DNA of 64,000 nucleotides from an uncultured Lachnospiraceae bacterium (GTDB taxonomy: Bacteria > Bacillota > Clostridia > Lachnospirales > Lachnospiraceae). The notes under the pieces are model-generated. The model worked only from the letters and a program-made list of their open reading frames with translations. It was not told the origin of the DNA and ran no database searches. The translations under genes and the position numbers were made by a program. This document shows, in pieces, positions 53,874 to 63,311 of this stretch (its first letter is position 1; each line of letters starts with the position of its first letter). The stretch spans positions 15,026 to 79,025 of the forward strand of contig CALWLY010000017.1 of NCBI GenBank assembly GCA_944381635.1. Direction: 5' to 3'.

Positions 53874-56648
53874 ATGAGAAAGACAGGAAAAAAGATGATG
53901 GCGGCAGCTCTGATGGCAGCTCTCACACTTGGCTGCGCAGTGCCGGTATCTGCCAGTGACACCCTTCCCTATCTGGGAGAAAGCGCAAGAGGAGAAAATC
54001 AGCCTTATCAGCATGGCTACAGAGCGGAAGATTTTCTCAGCTGGAACCCGGCAAAGGACCCTTATGCAGAATATCTGAGAGCGAAGGTTCCGCTTCAGGA
54101 AAGGAATGAAGCTTTTGCCCCTACCCAGGCAAATCCCAATTTAAGCCCTGAGACGCAGTGGTTTACATTGGCAGGGGATTATGGAAACGCGTTCTTTGAC
54201 AGCTATCCTTACACCAATGAATTCAGCCAGTATGTTTTTAACTTCTGGCAGTATACAGATTTTTACGGTTCCTGGCACGGAATGCCCACAGAGGAAGTTC
54301 CTTATGAAATGTATCAGAGTGAGAGAGGCGTGACAGATGCGTGGAAGAACCGCAAATTTGAGTTCGGTCTGGTAAACATGCCCAATCCCGGCTATACCAA
54401 TGCGGCTCATAAAAACGGAGTTCTCTCCATCGGCTGTATTTTCCTTCCCCGTACCGGTTTAAAACATACAGTACTTCTTACACAGGATGAAAACGGAAAC
54501 TTCCCTTATGCACAGAAGCTTATCGAAGTATGCCGTTATTTTGGATTTGACGGCTGGTTTATCAATCAGGAAGAGGATATACCCGCATCCGATATTCCTC
54601 TTTACAAGGAATTTATGAAGCAGTTAAGAGATGCCGGTCTCTACGTGCAGTGGTATGACTCTGTGGTGGATACTACCGGAGAAGTAGATTATCAGAATGA
54701 ATTCAATGAATTGAATTCTTCTTTTGTATCTGATGGAACAACACAGTATTCCGACTCTATTTTCTTAAACTACTGGTGGGATAATTCCATGCTTGTAGAT
54801 TCCGGAGAACATGCCAAAGAACTGGGGCTGGATCCTTTGGAAACCGTATTTGCCGGAATTGAGGCAGGCGGTGACCGCTGGGGACAGAAATATGACCTTC
54901 GGTTCAACCTGGGACTCGACGGAAAACCGATAAACTCCATAGCGTCTCTTGGAAGTGAGTTTGTCCATGACGGACTGGATGAAGACTTAGACGGCGGAGC
55001 AAACAATAATGTTGCTATGCGCCGGGAAAAGGATGAATTCCAGTGGATGACTTTTGAGCGTGAGAGAAGATGGTGGTCAGGTCCTTTTGAAGATCCTTCC
55101 ATGGCAAGCTATATTATGGATCGTTCTCTTTATCCGCAGGCAGAAGAAATCGGTATTGGAACCAATGAAAACCAGAACTTTGACGGTGTGGCTGCCTATA
55201 TCACAGAGAGATCTGTTATCAACGGAGATACATTTGTTACGGACTTTAATACAGGACACGGTCTGGAATACAGAGTTGACGGTGCCGTATCCAATGAACA
55301 TGAGTGGTCTAACATAAATATTCAGGATATTCTTCCCAGCTGGCAGTGGTGGGTTGAAACAGAAGGAAGCAAAAAGCTGAATGTGGACTTTGACTACGGC
55401 CAGAACTATAAGAAAAACTATGACAACGGTCAGGAAGACGTGCTGGGAAATCCGGGAAGCTTTGACTTTAACCTGGTGGGCGCTTACAACGGCGGTTCTT
55501 CTCTTGTAGTATACGGCGATCTGGATGCAGAAAACTTTCTGCATTTATATAAGACAGATCTGGATGTGACTAAGGAAAGCAAAATGCAGATAACTTTTAA
55601 AAAGACGTCTGCAGACGATGTGAACATGAAGCTGGGTCTGATTTTTGAAGGTGCGCCGGATCAGACAGTGAAGGTGGAGATCTCTGATCTGCAGGATGCA
55701 GGAAACGGATGGGTTACCGGTGTGGCAGACTTTTCTGAACATGCAGGAGAGCAGATTGTAGCAATTGGTCTGGTATTTGAGGGAAATGCAGAAAACTATC
55801 AGATAAATATCGGACGTATGGCTTACACATCAGGAGAAGCGCAAAAACCCGCAGCGCCTTCGGGACTGACTATCGACAGTGTATTTGACACCGGAGAAAT
55901 GTATCTTTCCTGGAATCTGGACGATTACAGTGAAGTAAAACAGTACAATGTCTATGCCGAGATCAACGGCAGAGAAATGTATATGGGCGGCGTATACGAT
56001 GATGTATTTTATATCAAAGATCTGTATGATGCAGCCGGAACTGTAACCATCAAAGTCAGAGCAGTATCCGAGGACGGCACAGAGAGCGAAGCGGCAAGCG
56101 TATCCTGTGATCTTTCTAAAGCAGTTTCCAATGTGACGGTACAGGAAGAAGCAGGAAAGCTGCTTGTATCCTGGACGCCGGCAGCAGGAAATACAGGTAA
56201 AACGTATGTGAAAGTGACAGAAAAATATACAGGAGAAAAGAATCCTGCCAAGTATACGGCTGAAGCACAGGAAGGACAGAACAGCTGTGTTGTAGAAATT
56301 CCGGTACAGGAAAAAGATTATGGATATTACACCATGAAAATAACTTCCGAAAATGGGGAAACCATCACTCATGACGGACGTCTGGCAGATACGTTCTGCA
56401 GCGCTTACACACCTGCCCTGGATGCAGGCATTGACTCAAAACGTCTTGCTGTTCCCGCTGCAAAAGACTGGTATCGTATGCTGGTGGCAACCTCAGACGG
56501 CAAAGAAGAGATTATCACAAGATACAGTGACGAAATGCCGGAAATCACATCTGCCACCAATGCTGTTTACACAGTAGTTCTTCAGGACTACAGCGGCAAC
56601 AGTTCCGAGCCGGTTGTGTTCACAGTTGAAAACGGGGAAATAAAATAA
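53874..56648 (+). CDS. secreted endo-beta-N-acetylglucosaminidase (GH85) with C-terminal Ig/Fn3-like modules
   Basis: Signal peptide. GH85 motifs FNFWQYTDFYGSWHG and GFDGWFINQE. 924 aa. Confidence 0.8.
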   Translation: MRKTGKKMMAAALMAALTLGCAVPVSASDTLPYLGESARGENQPYQHGYRAEDFLSWNPAKDPYAEYLRAKVPLQERNEAFAPTQANPNLSPETQWFTLAGDYGNAFFDSYPYTNEFSQYVFNFWQYTDFYGSWHGMPTEEVPYEMYQSERGVTDAWKNRKFEFGLVNMPNPGYTNAAHKNGVLSIGCIFLPRTGLKHTVLLTQDENGNFPYAQKLIEVCRYFGFDGWFINQEEDIPASDIPLYKEFMKQLRDAGLYVQWYDSVVDTTGEVDYQNEFNELNSSFVSDGTTQYSDSIFLNYWWDNSMLVDSGEHAKELGLDPLETVFAGIEAGGDRWGQKYDLRFNLGLDGKPINSIASLGSEFVHDGLDEDLDGGANNNVAMRREKDEFQWMTFERERRWWSGPFEDPSMASYIMDRSLYPQAEEIGIGTNENQNFDGVAAYITERSVINGDTFVTDFNTGHGLEYRVDGAVSNEHEWSNINIQDILPSWQWWVETEGSKKLNVDFDYGQNYKKNYDNGQEDVLGNPGSFDFNLVGAYNGGSSLVVYGDLDAENFLHLYKTDLDVTKESKMQITFKKTSADDVNMKLGLIFEGAPDQTVKVEISDLQDAGNGWVTGVADFSEHAGEQIVAIGLVFEGNAENYQINIGRMAYTSGEAQKPAAPSGLTIDSVFDTGEMYLSWNLDDYSEVKQYNVYAEINGREMYMGGVYDDVFYIKDLYDAAGTVTIKVRAVSEDGTESEAASVSCDLSKAVSNVTVQEEAGKLLVSWTPAAGNTGKTYVKVTEKYTGEKNPAKYTAEAQEGQNSCVVEIPVQEKDYGYYTMKITSENGETITHDGRLADTFCSAYTPALDAGIDSKRLAVPAAKDWYRMLVATSDGKEEIITRYSDEMPEITSATNAVYTVVLQDYSGNSSEPVVFTVENGEIK

Positions 56649-56695
56649 TGAAGAATTGAATCCGTAAATTGAATTGGTAAACTAAAGAAATGTAG

Positions 56696-56739
56696 GTCGG
56701 TGTACAGGGCTGAGGCGTATTGTTCCCCTGTACACCGAC
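56696..56739 (+). terminator. 14-bp perfect stem hairpin after the GH85 gene (no U-tract)
   Basis: GTCGGTGTACAGGG ... CCCTGTACACCGAC, about 48 nt after the stop codon. Confidence 0.4.
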
Positions 56740-56800
56740 GCTGTAAGAAAAGGATATCCGAAAAGTATCATAAGGCATCTGCCGAATCTTTCCGGGTATC

Positions 56801-56842
56801 TTTTTACATGATAGGAAACTTCATTTCCTATCATGTAAAAAA
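56801..56842. terminator. bidirectional terminator-like hairpin
   Basis: TTTTTACATGATAGGAAA-CTTC-ATTTCCTATCATGTAAAAAA. Confidence 0.55.
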
Positions 56843-57061
56843 GAATAAAAAATCGCACTTCGCGCTTGAGGAAAATAGTTGCTGATGCAACCGCGCTCCG
56901 GCGCGAGTGTGCGTCCGGACGCACACTTGTTATACGATAAGAAACTTCCTTTTTTCGTGTAAAAATAGACACTTTGTTGTGGGTGCTTTTATTAAAAAAG
57001 GATTTTGAGCAATAAAAAACACCGTCCCCAAGGATCCAAGTCCTCAAAAACAGTGCTTTCA

Positions 57062-57134
57062 TGCGCCTTCAGGGGCTCGAACCCTGGACACCCTGATTAA
57101 GAGTCAGGTGCTCTACCAACTGAGCTAAAGGCGC
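57062..57134 (-). tRNA. tRNA-Lys (anticodon CUU)
   Basis: I folded the cloverleaf by hand: acceptor GCGCCTT/AAGGCGC, anticodon arm CCTGA-CTCTTAA-TCAGG and T-loop GGTTCGAGCCC. Confidence 0.9.
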
Positions 57135-57224
57135 TTATTTATTGATTTGCCTTAACGCAAAAATTATTATATTATAGACCCTAAAAAAAAGCAATACTTT
57201 TTTTTATAAAATTTTCAGATTTGT

Positions 57225-57389
57225 ATAACAGTTCAGCCATCTGCGTATCGGCGGCAGGATTTATGCCCGCATAAAAATTCTGCCGCTGACACGCAGATGA
57301 GTTAAGCGCCAGTCAATGAGGAAAACAGCGGCGCAGCCGCAGTAAGCACGTCAGTGCGGTTTTCCGAATGGCGCGGGCTGAACTGTTAT
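57225..57389 (-). mobile_element. MITE-like structured repeat, copy C (165 bp; inverted relative to A and B)
   Basis: Ends ATAACAGTTCAGCC / GGCTGAACTGTTAT. The inverted repeat extends to 23 bp (57216-57238 and 57376-57398). About 80 bp are near-identical to the reverse complement of copy A. Confidence 0.7.
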
Positions 57390-57397
57390 ACAAATCT

Positions 57398-57443
57398 GTA
57401 ACAGTTCAGCCATCTGCCATCAGGAGACGGATTTATGCGGGCT
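57398..57443 (+). repeat. truncated copy C' of the same element, abutting copy C
   Basis: GTAACAGTTCAGCCATCTGCCATCAGGAGACGGATTTATGCGGGC matches the first 45 nt or so of the element. Similarity is then lost. Confidence 0.6.
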
Positions 57444-57514
57444 CAATTTACTTCCAAAGGAATTATCTTCTGTGCTATAATACTTCCAGAGAAAACAAAG
57501 GAGGAAAGAATCCT

Positions 57515-58300
57515 GTGATATTTGAAAGCCATGCCCATTATGATGATGAGGCGTTTGATGAAGACAGACGGGTTTTACTTACGGCTATCCATGAAAGTGG
57601 AGTTTCTCGTATTATCAATGTTGGTTCCAGTCTGGAGAGCTGCAAGACTACGATAGAACTGACTAAGGAGTATCCGTTTATCTACGGTGCTCTGGGAGTA
57701 CATCCCAGCGAGACTGCACAGTTAACGGAAGAAAGCTTCGCCTGGCTAAAAGAACAGCTTTCTCTTCCCAAGATTGTGGCGGTAGGAGAAATCGGTCTGG
57801 ATTATTACTGGGATGAACCGGAGAGAGAGATACAGAAAAAGTGGTTTGCAAGACAGCTGGAGCTGGCAAGAGAAGTGCGAAAGTCTGTCATTATACATTC
57901 CAGGGAGGCGGCAAAAGATACGATTGATCTGATGAGGGCAGAAAAAGCCCATGAGCTTTCGGGCGTGATTCACTGCTATTCTTATTCCAAAGAAAGCGCC
58001 AGAGACTATCTGAACATGGGGTATTATTTTGGAATCGGCGGTGTTGTAACTTTTAAAAATGCCAGAAAACTGGCAGAAGCGGTGGAATATATTCCGCTTT
58101 CCCATATTTTGTTGGAAACAGACAGCCCCTATCTTGCACCGGTGCCGAATCGTGGAAAAAGAAATTCTTCCCTGAATTTGCCGGATATTGCAAGAGCGAT
58201 TGCGGACATTAAAAAGGTCAGCTTCGAAGAGGTTGTGAAAGTCACCTATGAAAATGCGGAAAAGCTGTTTGGAACAGATGAAACGCAGGATAAATTTTAA
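57515..58300 (+). CDS. tatD: TatD family metal-dependent hydrolase
   Basis: VIFESHAHYDDEAF (HxH motif), then the GEIGLDYYW and HCYS motifs and the final D motif. The GTG start at 57515 is 5 nt after AAGGAGGAAAG. I reject the ORF-track start at 57368 because it lies inside the repeat. Confidence 0.88.
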   Translation: MIFESHAHYDDEAFDEDRRVLLTAIHESGVSRIINVGSSLESCKTTIELTKEYPFIYGALGVHPSETAQLTEESFAWLKEQLSLPKIVAVGEIGLDYYWDEPEREIQKKWFARQLELAREVRKSVIIHSREAAKDTIDLMRAEKAHELSGVIHCYSYSKESARDYLNMGYYFGIGGVVTFKNARKLAEAVEYIPLSHILLETDSPYLAPVPNRGKRNSSLNLPDIARAIADIKKVSFEEVVKVTYENAEKLFGTDETQDKF

Positions 58301-58315
58301 ACGGAAAGGAAATTT

Positions 58316-59182
58316 ATGGCGACATTAGGCATACCCGCAAATACCATTGCAGTATTACAAAAATATAATTTTACATTTCAGAAAAAATTCGGTCAGAATT
58401 TTCTCATCGATACACATGTTCTTGACCGTATTATCAGTGCAGCCGAAATAACAAAAGAAGACTGTGTCATTGAAATCGGCCCCGGAATCGGAACTATGAC
58501 ACAGTATCTGGCAGAAAATGCCAGGGAAGTCATTGCTGTGGAGATCGATAAGGCGCTGATTCCTATTTTGCAGGATACTCTGTCTTCCTATGACAATGTG
58601 ACAGTCATCAACGAAGACATTTTAAAAGTGGATATTCAGAAACTGGCAGAGGAACATAATGGGGGGAAACCGATCAAGGTGGTGGCAAATCTTCCCTATT
58701 ATATTACGACACCTATCATCATGGGACTGTTCGAAAGTCATGTGCCCCTTGCCAGCATTACCATCATGGTACAGAAAGAAGTGGCAGACCGCATGCAGGT
58801 AGGCCCCGGAACCAAGGATTACGGCGCTCTTTCTCTGGCTGTTCAGTATTATGCAAAACCGGAGATTGTGGCTAACGTTCCTCCCAACTGTTTTATTCCG
58901 AGACCGAATGTGGGAAGTGCGGTAATCAGACTGACACGCTATCAGAACCCTCCGGTACAGGTAGCAGATGAAAAATTTATGTTTGCCCTGATTCGAGCAT
59001 CGTTTAACCAGAGACGTAAAACGCTTGTCAATGGCCTTTCAAATGCCACAAATATATCCGTAGGAAAAGAGCAGGTAAAAAAAGTTCTTGCGGATATGGG
59101 GCTTTCGGAAACGATACGCGGAGAAGCGCTTACGCTGGAGCAGTTTGCGGATTTGGCTGACCGCCTGTCCGGGAAAAAATAA
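58316..59182 (+). CDS. rsmA: 16S rRNA (adenine1518/1519-N6)-dimethyltransferase
   Basis: KKFGQNFLID ... EIGPGIGTMT ... ANLPYYITTPI motifs. Confidence 0.95.
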   Translation: MATLGIPANTIAVLQKYNFTFQKKFGQNFLIDTHVLDRIISAAEITKEDCVIEIGPGIGTMTQYLAENAREVIAVEIDKALIPILQDTLSSYDNVTVINEDILKVDIQKLAEEHNGGKPIKVVANLPYYITTPIIMGLFESHVPLASITIMVQKEVADRMQVGPGTKDYGALSLAVQYYAKPEIVANVPPNCFIPRPNVGSAVIRLTRYQNPPVQVADEKFMFALIRASFNQRRKTLVNGLSNATNISVGKEQVKKVLADMGLSETIRGEALTLEQFADLADRLSGKK

Positions 59183-59217
59183 GAGAAAGCTGCGGGAGAG
59201 AAAGGGGATTATTGGAA

Positions 59218-60324
59218 ATGGGAAAATCTAAGGTTTATTACACAGACATGCACACATCGTTCAGCGAAAATCTGCCTCAGAAGCTGGAACGTCTCATAAA
59301 AACAGCCGGAATCGGACAAATTGACTTTGATAAAAAATACGCGGCAATAAAGATTCATTTCGGAGAACCCGGAAATCTTGCCTATTTAAGGCCTAATTAT
59401 GCGGCTGTAGTTGTAAAGGTCATCAAAGAACTGGGAGGAAAAGCTTTTCTTACCGACTGCAATACATTGTATGTGGGAGGGAGAAAGAATGCGCTGGATC
59501 ACCTGGATGCCGCTTATCAGAATGGCTTTTCACCTTTTTCCACGGGCTGTCATGTTCTGATCGCAGACGGGTTAAAAGGCACAGATGAGGCCCTTGTTCC
59601 CGTTTCCGGCGGAGAGTATGTAAAAGAAGCAAAGATTGGACGTGCCATTATGGATGCGGATATTTTCATATCTTTGAATCATTTTAAAGGCCATGAAGCA
59701 ACCGGTTTCGGAGGCGCTTTGAAAAATATAGGAATGGGCTGCGGTTCCCGTGCCGGAAAAATGGAAATGCACAGTGCGGGAAAACCTCACGTTGACCAGA
59801 AAAACTGTATCGGATGCGGACGTTGTATAAAAATCTGTGCTCACGATGCTCCATCCATCACAGATGGAAAGGCTTTCATTGATCACGATAAGTGTGTAGG
59901 CTGCGGCAGATGTATCGGCGTTTGCCCCATGGACGCGGTTTGCGCGGCGGGAGACGAAAGCAACGACATTTTAAACCGCAAGATTGCAGAATATTCCAAG
60001 GCAGTATTGGACGGCAGACCGCATTTCCACATCAGCCTGGTCATTGATGTTTCTCCTAACTGCGACTGCCATTCGGAAAACGATATTCCTATTGTGCCGG
60101 ATGTGGGAATGTTTGCTTCCTTTGATCCGGTAGCACTGGACGTAGCATGTGCAGATGCCGTTAACCGTCAGCCTGTCATTGCGGACAGCCAGTTAGACCA
60201 TATGCCGCATATCCATAATGACCACTTTACAGACTCTGCTCCGGCCACAAACTGGAAATCCTGTGTAGAGCATGCGGTAAAGTTAGGACTTGGAAATGCA
60301 GAATATGAACTGATTAAAATCTGA
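59218..60324 (+). CDS. DUF362 domain protein with 2x[4Fe-4S] ferredoxin insert
   Basis: CIGCGRCIKICAHDA and CVGCGRCIGVCPMDA motifs within a DUF362 scaffold. Confidence 0.7.
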   Translation: MGKSKVYYTDMHTSFSENLPQKLERLIKTAGIGQIDFDKKYAAIKIHFGEPGNLAYLRPNYAAVVVKVIKELGGKAFLTDCNTLYVGGRKNALDHLDAAYQNGFSPFSTGCHVLIADGLKGTDEALVPVSGGEYVKEAKIGRAIMDADIFISLNHFKGHEATGFGGALKNIGMGCGSRAGKMEMHSAGKPHVDQKNCIGCGRCIKICAHDAPSITDGKAFIDHDKCVGCGRCIGVCPMDAVCAAGDESNDILNRKIAEYSKAVLDGRPHFHISLVIDVSPNCDCHSENDIPIVPDVGMFASFDPVALDVACADAVNRQPVIADSQLDHMPHIHNDHFTDSAPATNWKSCVEHAVKLGLGNAEYELIKI

Positions 60325-60412
60325 TAAGATACCGGCATATTGGCTGTTCGAGCTAATACAGAGCGCTGTGGATACCTTCCGGACTTTGTTCATAAAGTTT
60401 TTAGAAATGGAA

Positions 60413-60455
60413 TTAGCACTCACCTCTTGACAGTGCTAATAAAACGTTATATAAC
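60413..60455 (+). promoter_or_regulatory. CIRCE operator (HrcA site) overlapping the hsp20 promoter
   Basis: TTAGCACTC-N9-CAGTGCTAA matches the consensus TTAGCACTC-N9-GAGTGCTAA at 17 of 18 positions. TTGACA (60427-32), 17-nt spacer, TATAAC (60450-55). Confidence 0.7.
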
Positions 60456-60508
60456 GTATATAACAGATAAATCAAAGCGAAATGATTTGGTTTGAGGAGG
60501 TAATCAAT

Positions 60509-60946
60509 ATGGCATTCAGAAAGAGCAGATACGATATGTTTGATGATTTTTTTTACGATATGTTTGACGATCCGTTTTTTACAAGGCAGACAGAAAGGAA
60601 TATTCCCCAGCTGATGAGGACGGATATTCTGGAAAAAGACGGCCATTATCTTCTGGAGATTGAGCTGCCTGGTTATACGAGGGATGACATAAAAGCAGAA
60701 TTAAAGGACGGTTATCTGACGATTCTGGTTCAAAAACAGGAGGCTCTGGAAGAAAAAGAAGAGAAAACACGTTTTGTCCGCAAAGAAAGATATACGGGAA
60801 GCATGAAGAGAAGCTTCTATGTGGGAGAAAAAGTTACAGAACATGATATTCAGGCCGGATTTCAGAACGGTATTTTAAAAGTTATAGTCAATAAACCGAA
60901 GCCGAGAGAACTGGAAGACGGCAGAAAACTGATACCGATCTTGTAA
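60509..60946 (+). CDS. Hsp20 / alpha-crystallin family small heat-shock protein
   Basis: Alpha-crystallin domain (DILEKDGHYLLEIELPGYTRDDIKAELKDGYLTI ... GILKVIV). The start at 60509 follows GAGGAGG. Confidence 0.9.
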   Translation: MAFRKSRYDMFDDFFYDMFDDPFFTRQTERNIPQLMRTDILEKDGHYLLEIELPGYTRDDIKAELKDGYLTILVQKQEALEEKEEKTRFVRKERYTGSMKRSFYVGEKVTEHDIQAGFQNGILKVIVNKPKPRELEDGRKLIPIL

Positions 60947-61180
60947 AATCTTTGTATTTCATGCGGGTCATGCAGGCATGAAACGCAGAGCCTGTGAATT
61001 TTGGTATCTTTTCCATAAATAAAACAACGGGACGCTGCAAAAATCAGAGAGATCAAATTTGTAACATTACATTTATTTGTAAGCATCAAGTACTTACGAA
61101 ACAGGATGTTGCAAACAGAGGATTAAAGATTTTGCCAGTGCCCCGTTTTTCATGCTCGGAAATGAAAAAGGCTCGAGAAA

Positions 61181-62050
61181 TCAGAGACTTACTTTATGCT
61201 GTACCAGCGGAGACATTTTGCCATCGGGTATCGATGCGGTACTGTTTTGGGGGAGAAATCCCTCAAAAATAAAAAGGGCAAATTTTTTTCTCAGTTTTTT
61301 TTGCTGTTCCGGTCGACGCAATACCCATCCTACGGATAGCGCGCCGAAGAGACTGCAGCAGATACGCCGGGAAAGATCTCTGTGAAACCTTACATTAAAA
61401 GAGATAAAATCCGGACGGCTGACCACATTGAAGATCATTTTGCCCATCAGATAATAAAAGGGATTTACCGTCTGGTTTTCAATATTGAAATTGGTGGAAA
61501 GCTGACCGCGCACGATTTGAGGGCGGTAACGGCGAAACCACCAAAGGGCAGCAGGATGAAAGGACTCTACAAAATAATGTCCTTGGTAAGAGTCCAGCAT
61601 GGTTCCTATTTTTTCAGGAATCATCATACGGAACCGATCCATTTTGATTTCAATCAGCAGAGGGACCCTTCCATCCACCAGGCGGAGCACTTCCTGCAAA
61701 GAAGGGATGGTTTCTTTTGTATTTAACAGTGTCAGCTGCTTTAACTCCTCGTAAGTCAGTTCCCAGACAGGACGGTCAATAGAGCACATTCGACTTAAGG
61801 TGGCATCATGAAATACCACGGGAATACCGTCAGAGGACAGCTGAACATCCAGCTCAATTCCATAACCGTGGCGCACTGCCTCTGCAAAAGCAGGCAGAGA
61901 GTTTTCGGGGATGCCTTTTTCTATATTATGAAGACCCCTGTGTGCGTAAAAGTAGGAGAGAAAGGGAGAAAAATCCGGTCGCTTCATTCGCGGATGTATC
62001 AGATAAAGATAAAGCAGGGCGATGCCGGCTGCCAGCAAAATCCATTTCAT
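61181..62050 (-). CDS. membrane-anchored glycerophosphodiester phosphodiesterase family protein
   Basis: N-terminal TM helix, then the GDPD motif HRGLH ... ENSLPAFAEAV ... GIELDVQLSSDGIPVVFHD. I prefer the ATG at 62050 (AGGAAG RBS) to the GTG at 62101. Confidence 0.8.
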   Translation of the reverse strand: MKWILLAAGIALLYLYLIHPRMKRPDFSPFLSYFYAHRGLHNIEKGIPENSLPAFAEAVRHGYGIELDVQLSSDGIPVVFHDATLSRMCSIDRPVWELTYEELKQLTLLNTKETIPSLQEVLRLVDGRVPLLIEIKMDRFRMMIPEKIGTMLDSYQGHYFVESFHPAALWWFRRYRPQIVRGQLSTNFNIENQTVNPFYYLMGKMIFNVVSRPDFISFNVRFHRDLSRRICCSLFGALSVGWVLRRPEQQKKLRKKFALFIFEGFLPQNSTASIPDGKMSPLVQHKVSL

Positions 62051-62365
62051 AACGATCTTCCTTTTTGATATCTGTTTGTTCTTTCTATGATCCGCATTCA
62101 CTATATAGATAGCAAAAGGTGCACAATGACCAAATCCATATGGAAAACGGGAGATTTTGTCACAATAGATATTTTTTCATTCTGTTCTCAGTATAGGACT
62201 TTTTTGACGGAAAGTCATGAGTTTTATAGAAAAAGAAAAGTAAAATTTTCTTAAGTACACAGAGAACCGGTTCGGTGCAGTACTGGACTTTGTTTAAAAT
62301 ACGATGTAAAATAAAAAGCAGTGAGATTATCCCTGACGAAAAGAAAAAGAAGGAAAATTTGAGCC

Positions 62366-63208
62366 ATGAGGACGATAAAAACAGATGAAATTACACAAAA
62401 TATAAAGGAAATGTGTATACAGGCAAACCATTTCCTTACAGAAGACATGTGCCAGGTTATGAAAGAAGCGGAAGAAAAAGAAGCTTCTCCGCTTGGGAAA
62501 CAGATTTTGGGACAGCTTCTGGAAAATCTGGATATTGCTGCAGAAGATACAATTCCAATCTGTCAGGACACAGGAATGGCAGTTGTATTTCTGGAAATAG
62601 GCCAGGATGTACACCTGGAAGGACAGCCTTTGGAGGATGCAGTAAACGAAGGAATCAGACAGGGCTACGTACAGGGGTATTTAAGAAAATCTGTAGTAGA
62701 AGATCCCCTTCAGAGAAAAAACACCAACGATAATACACCTGGTGTTATCCATACATCCATTGTGCCGGGAGATCATGTAAAAATTACAGTGGCGCCAAAA
62801 GGATTCGGAAGCGAAAATATGAGCCGGATCTTTATGCTCAAACCTGCCGACGGAATGGAAGGAGTGAAAAAAGCGGTTCTGACAGCGGTAAAAGATGCGG
62901 GGCCAAACGCCTGCCCGCCTATGGTGGTAGGTGTGGGAATAGGAGGAACTTTTGAGAAATGTGCGGTTATGGCGAAACAGGCTCTGACCCGTCCTGTGGA
63001 TCAGCGTTCCCACATTCCCTATGTAAAGGAGCTGGAAGAAGAACTGTTGGAAAAAATAAATAAAAGCGGCATAGGTCCCGGAGGCCTTGGCGGAACAACA
63101 ACAGCTCTCGCTGTCAATATAAACACTTATCCCACTCATATCGCAGGACTTCCGGTAGCAGTAAATATATGCTGCCATGTTAACAGACACGCAGTAAGAG
63201 TTCTGTGA
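62366..63208 (+). CDS. class I (Fe-S) fumarate hydratase / tartrate dehydratase family, alpha subunit
   Basis: IPICQDTGMAVVFLEIG and the downstream Cys ligands. 280 aa. Confidence 0.85.
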   Translation: MRTIKTDEITQNIKEMCIQANHFLTEDMCQVMKEAEEKEASPLGKQILGQLLENLDIAAEDTIPICQDTGMAVVFLEIGQDVHLEGQPLEDAVNEGIRQGYVQGYLRKSVVEDPLQRKNTNDNTPGVIHTSIVPGDHVKITVAPKGFGSENMSRIFMLKPADGMEGVKKAVLTAVKDAGPNACPPMVVGVGIGGTFEKCAVMAKQALTRPVDQRSHIPYVKELEEELLEKINKSGIGPGGLGGTTTALAVNINTYPTHIAGLPVAVNICCHVNRHAVRVL

Positions 63209-63311
63209 TTTATTTGACAATCAGTGCGCAGAGGAAAGCCATACATCCTGTACTCGCACGGAAAAGTATGCGTTTTTTGGCAAAGTGGAAATTAAAACCA
63301 GGAGAACTACT

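Noticed and set aside
56682-57062. 126-aa minus-strand ORF and 61-aa plus-strand ORF in the spacer next to tRNA-Lys
   Set aside because: They have no RBS and an odd composition. They span hairpins and palindromes and abut the tRNA 3' end.
57368-57514. N-terminal extension of tatD (ORF-track start at 57368)
   Set aside because: The extension is read out of MITE-like copies C and C'. A GTG with a strong AAGGAGG RBS at 57515 begins exactly at the conserved TatD HxH motif.
62051-62101. GTG-initiated 17-codon extension of the GDPD gene
   Set aside because: No RBS precedes it. The ATG at 62050 has an AGGAAG RBS and starts directly at the TM helix.
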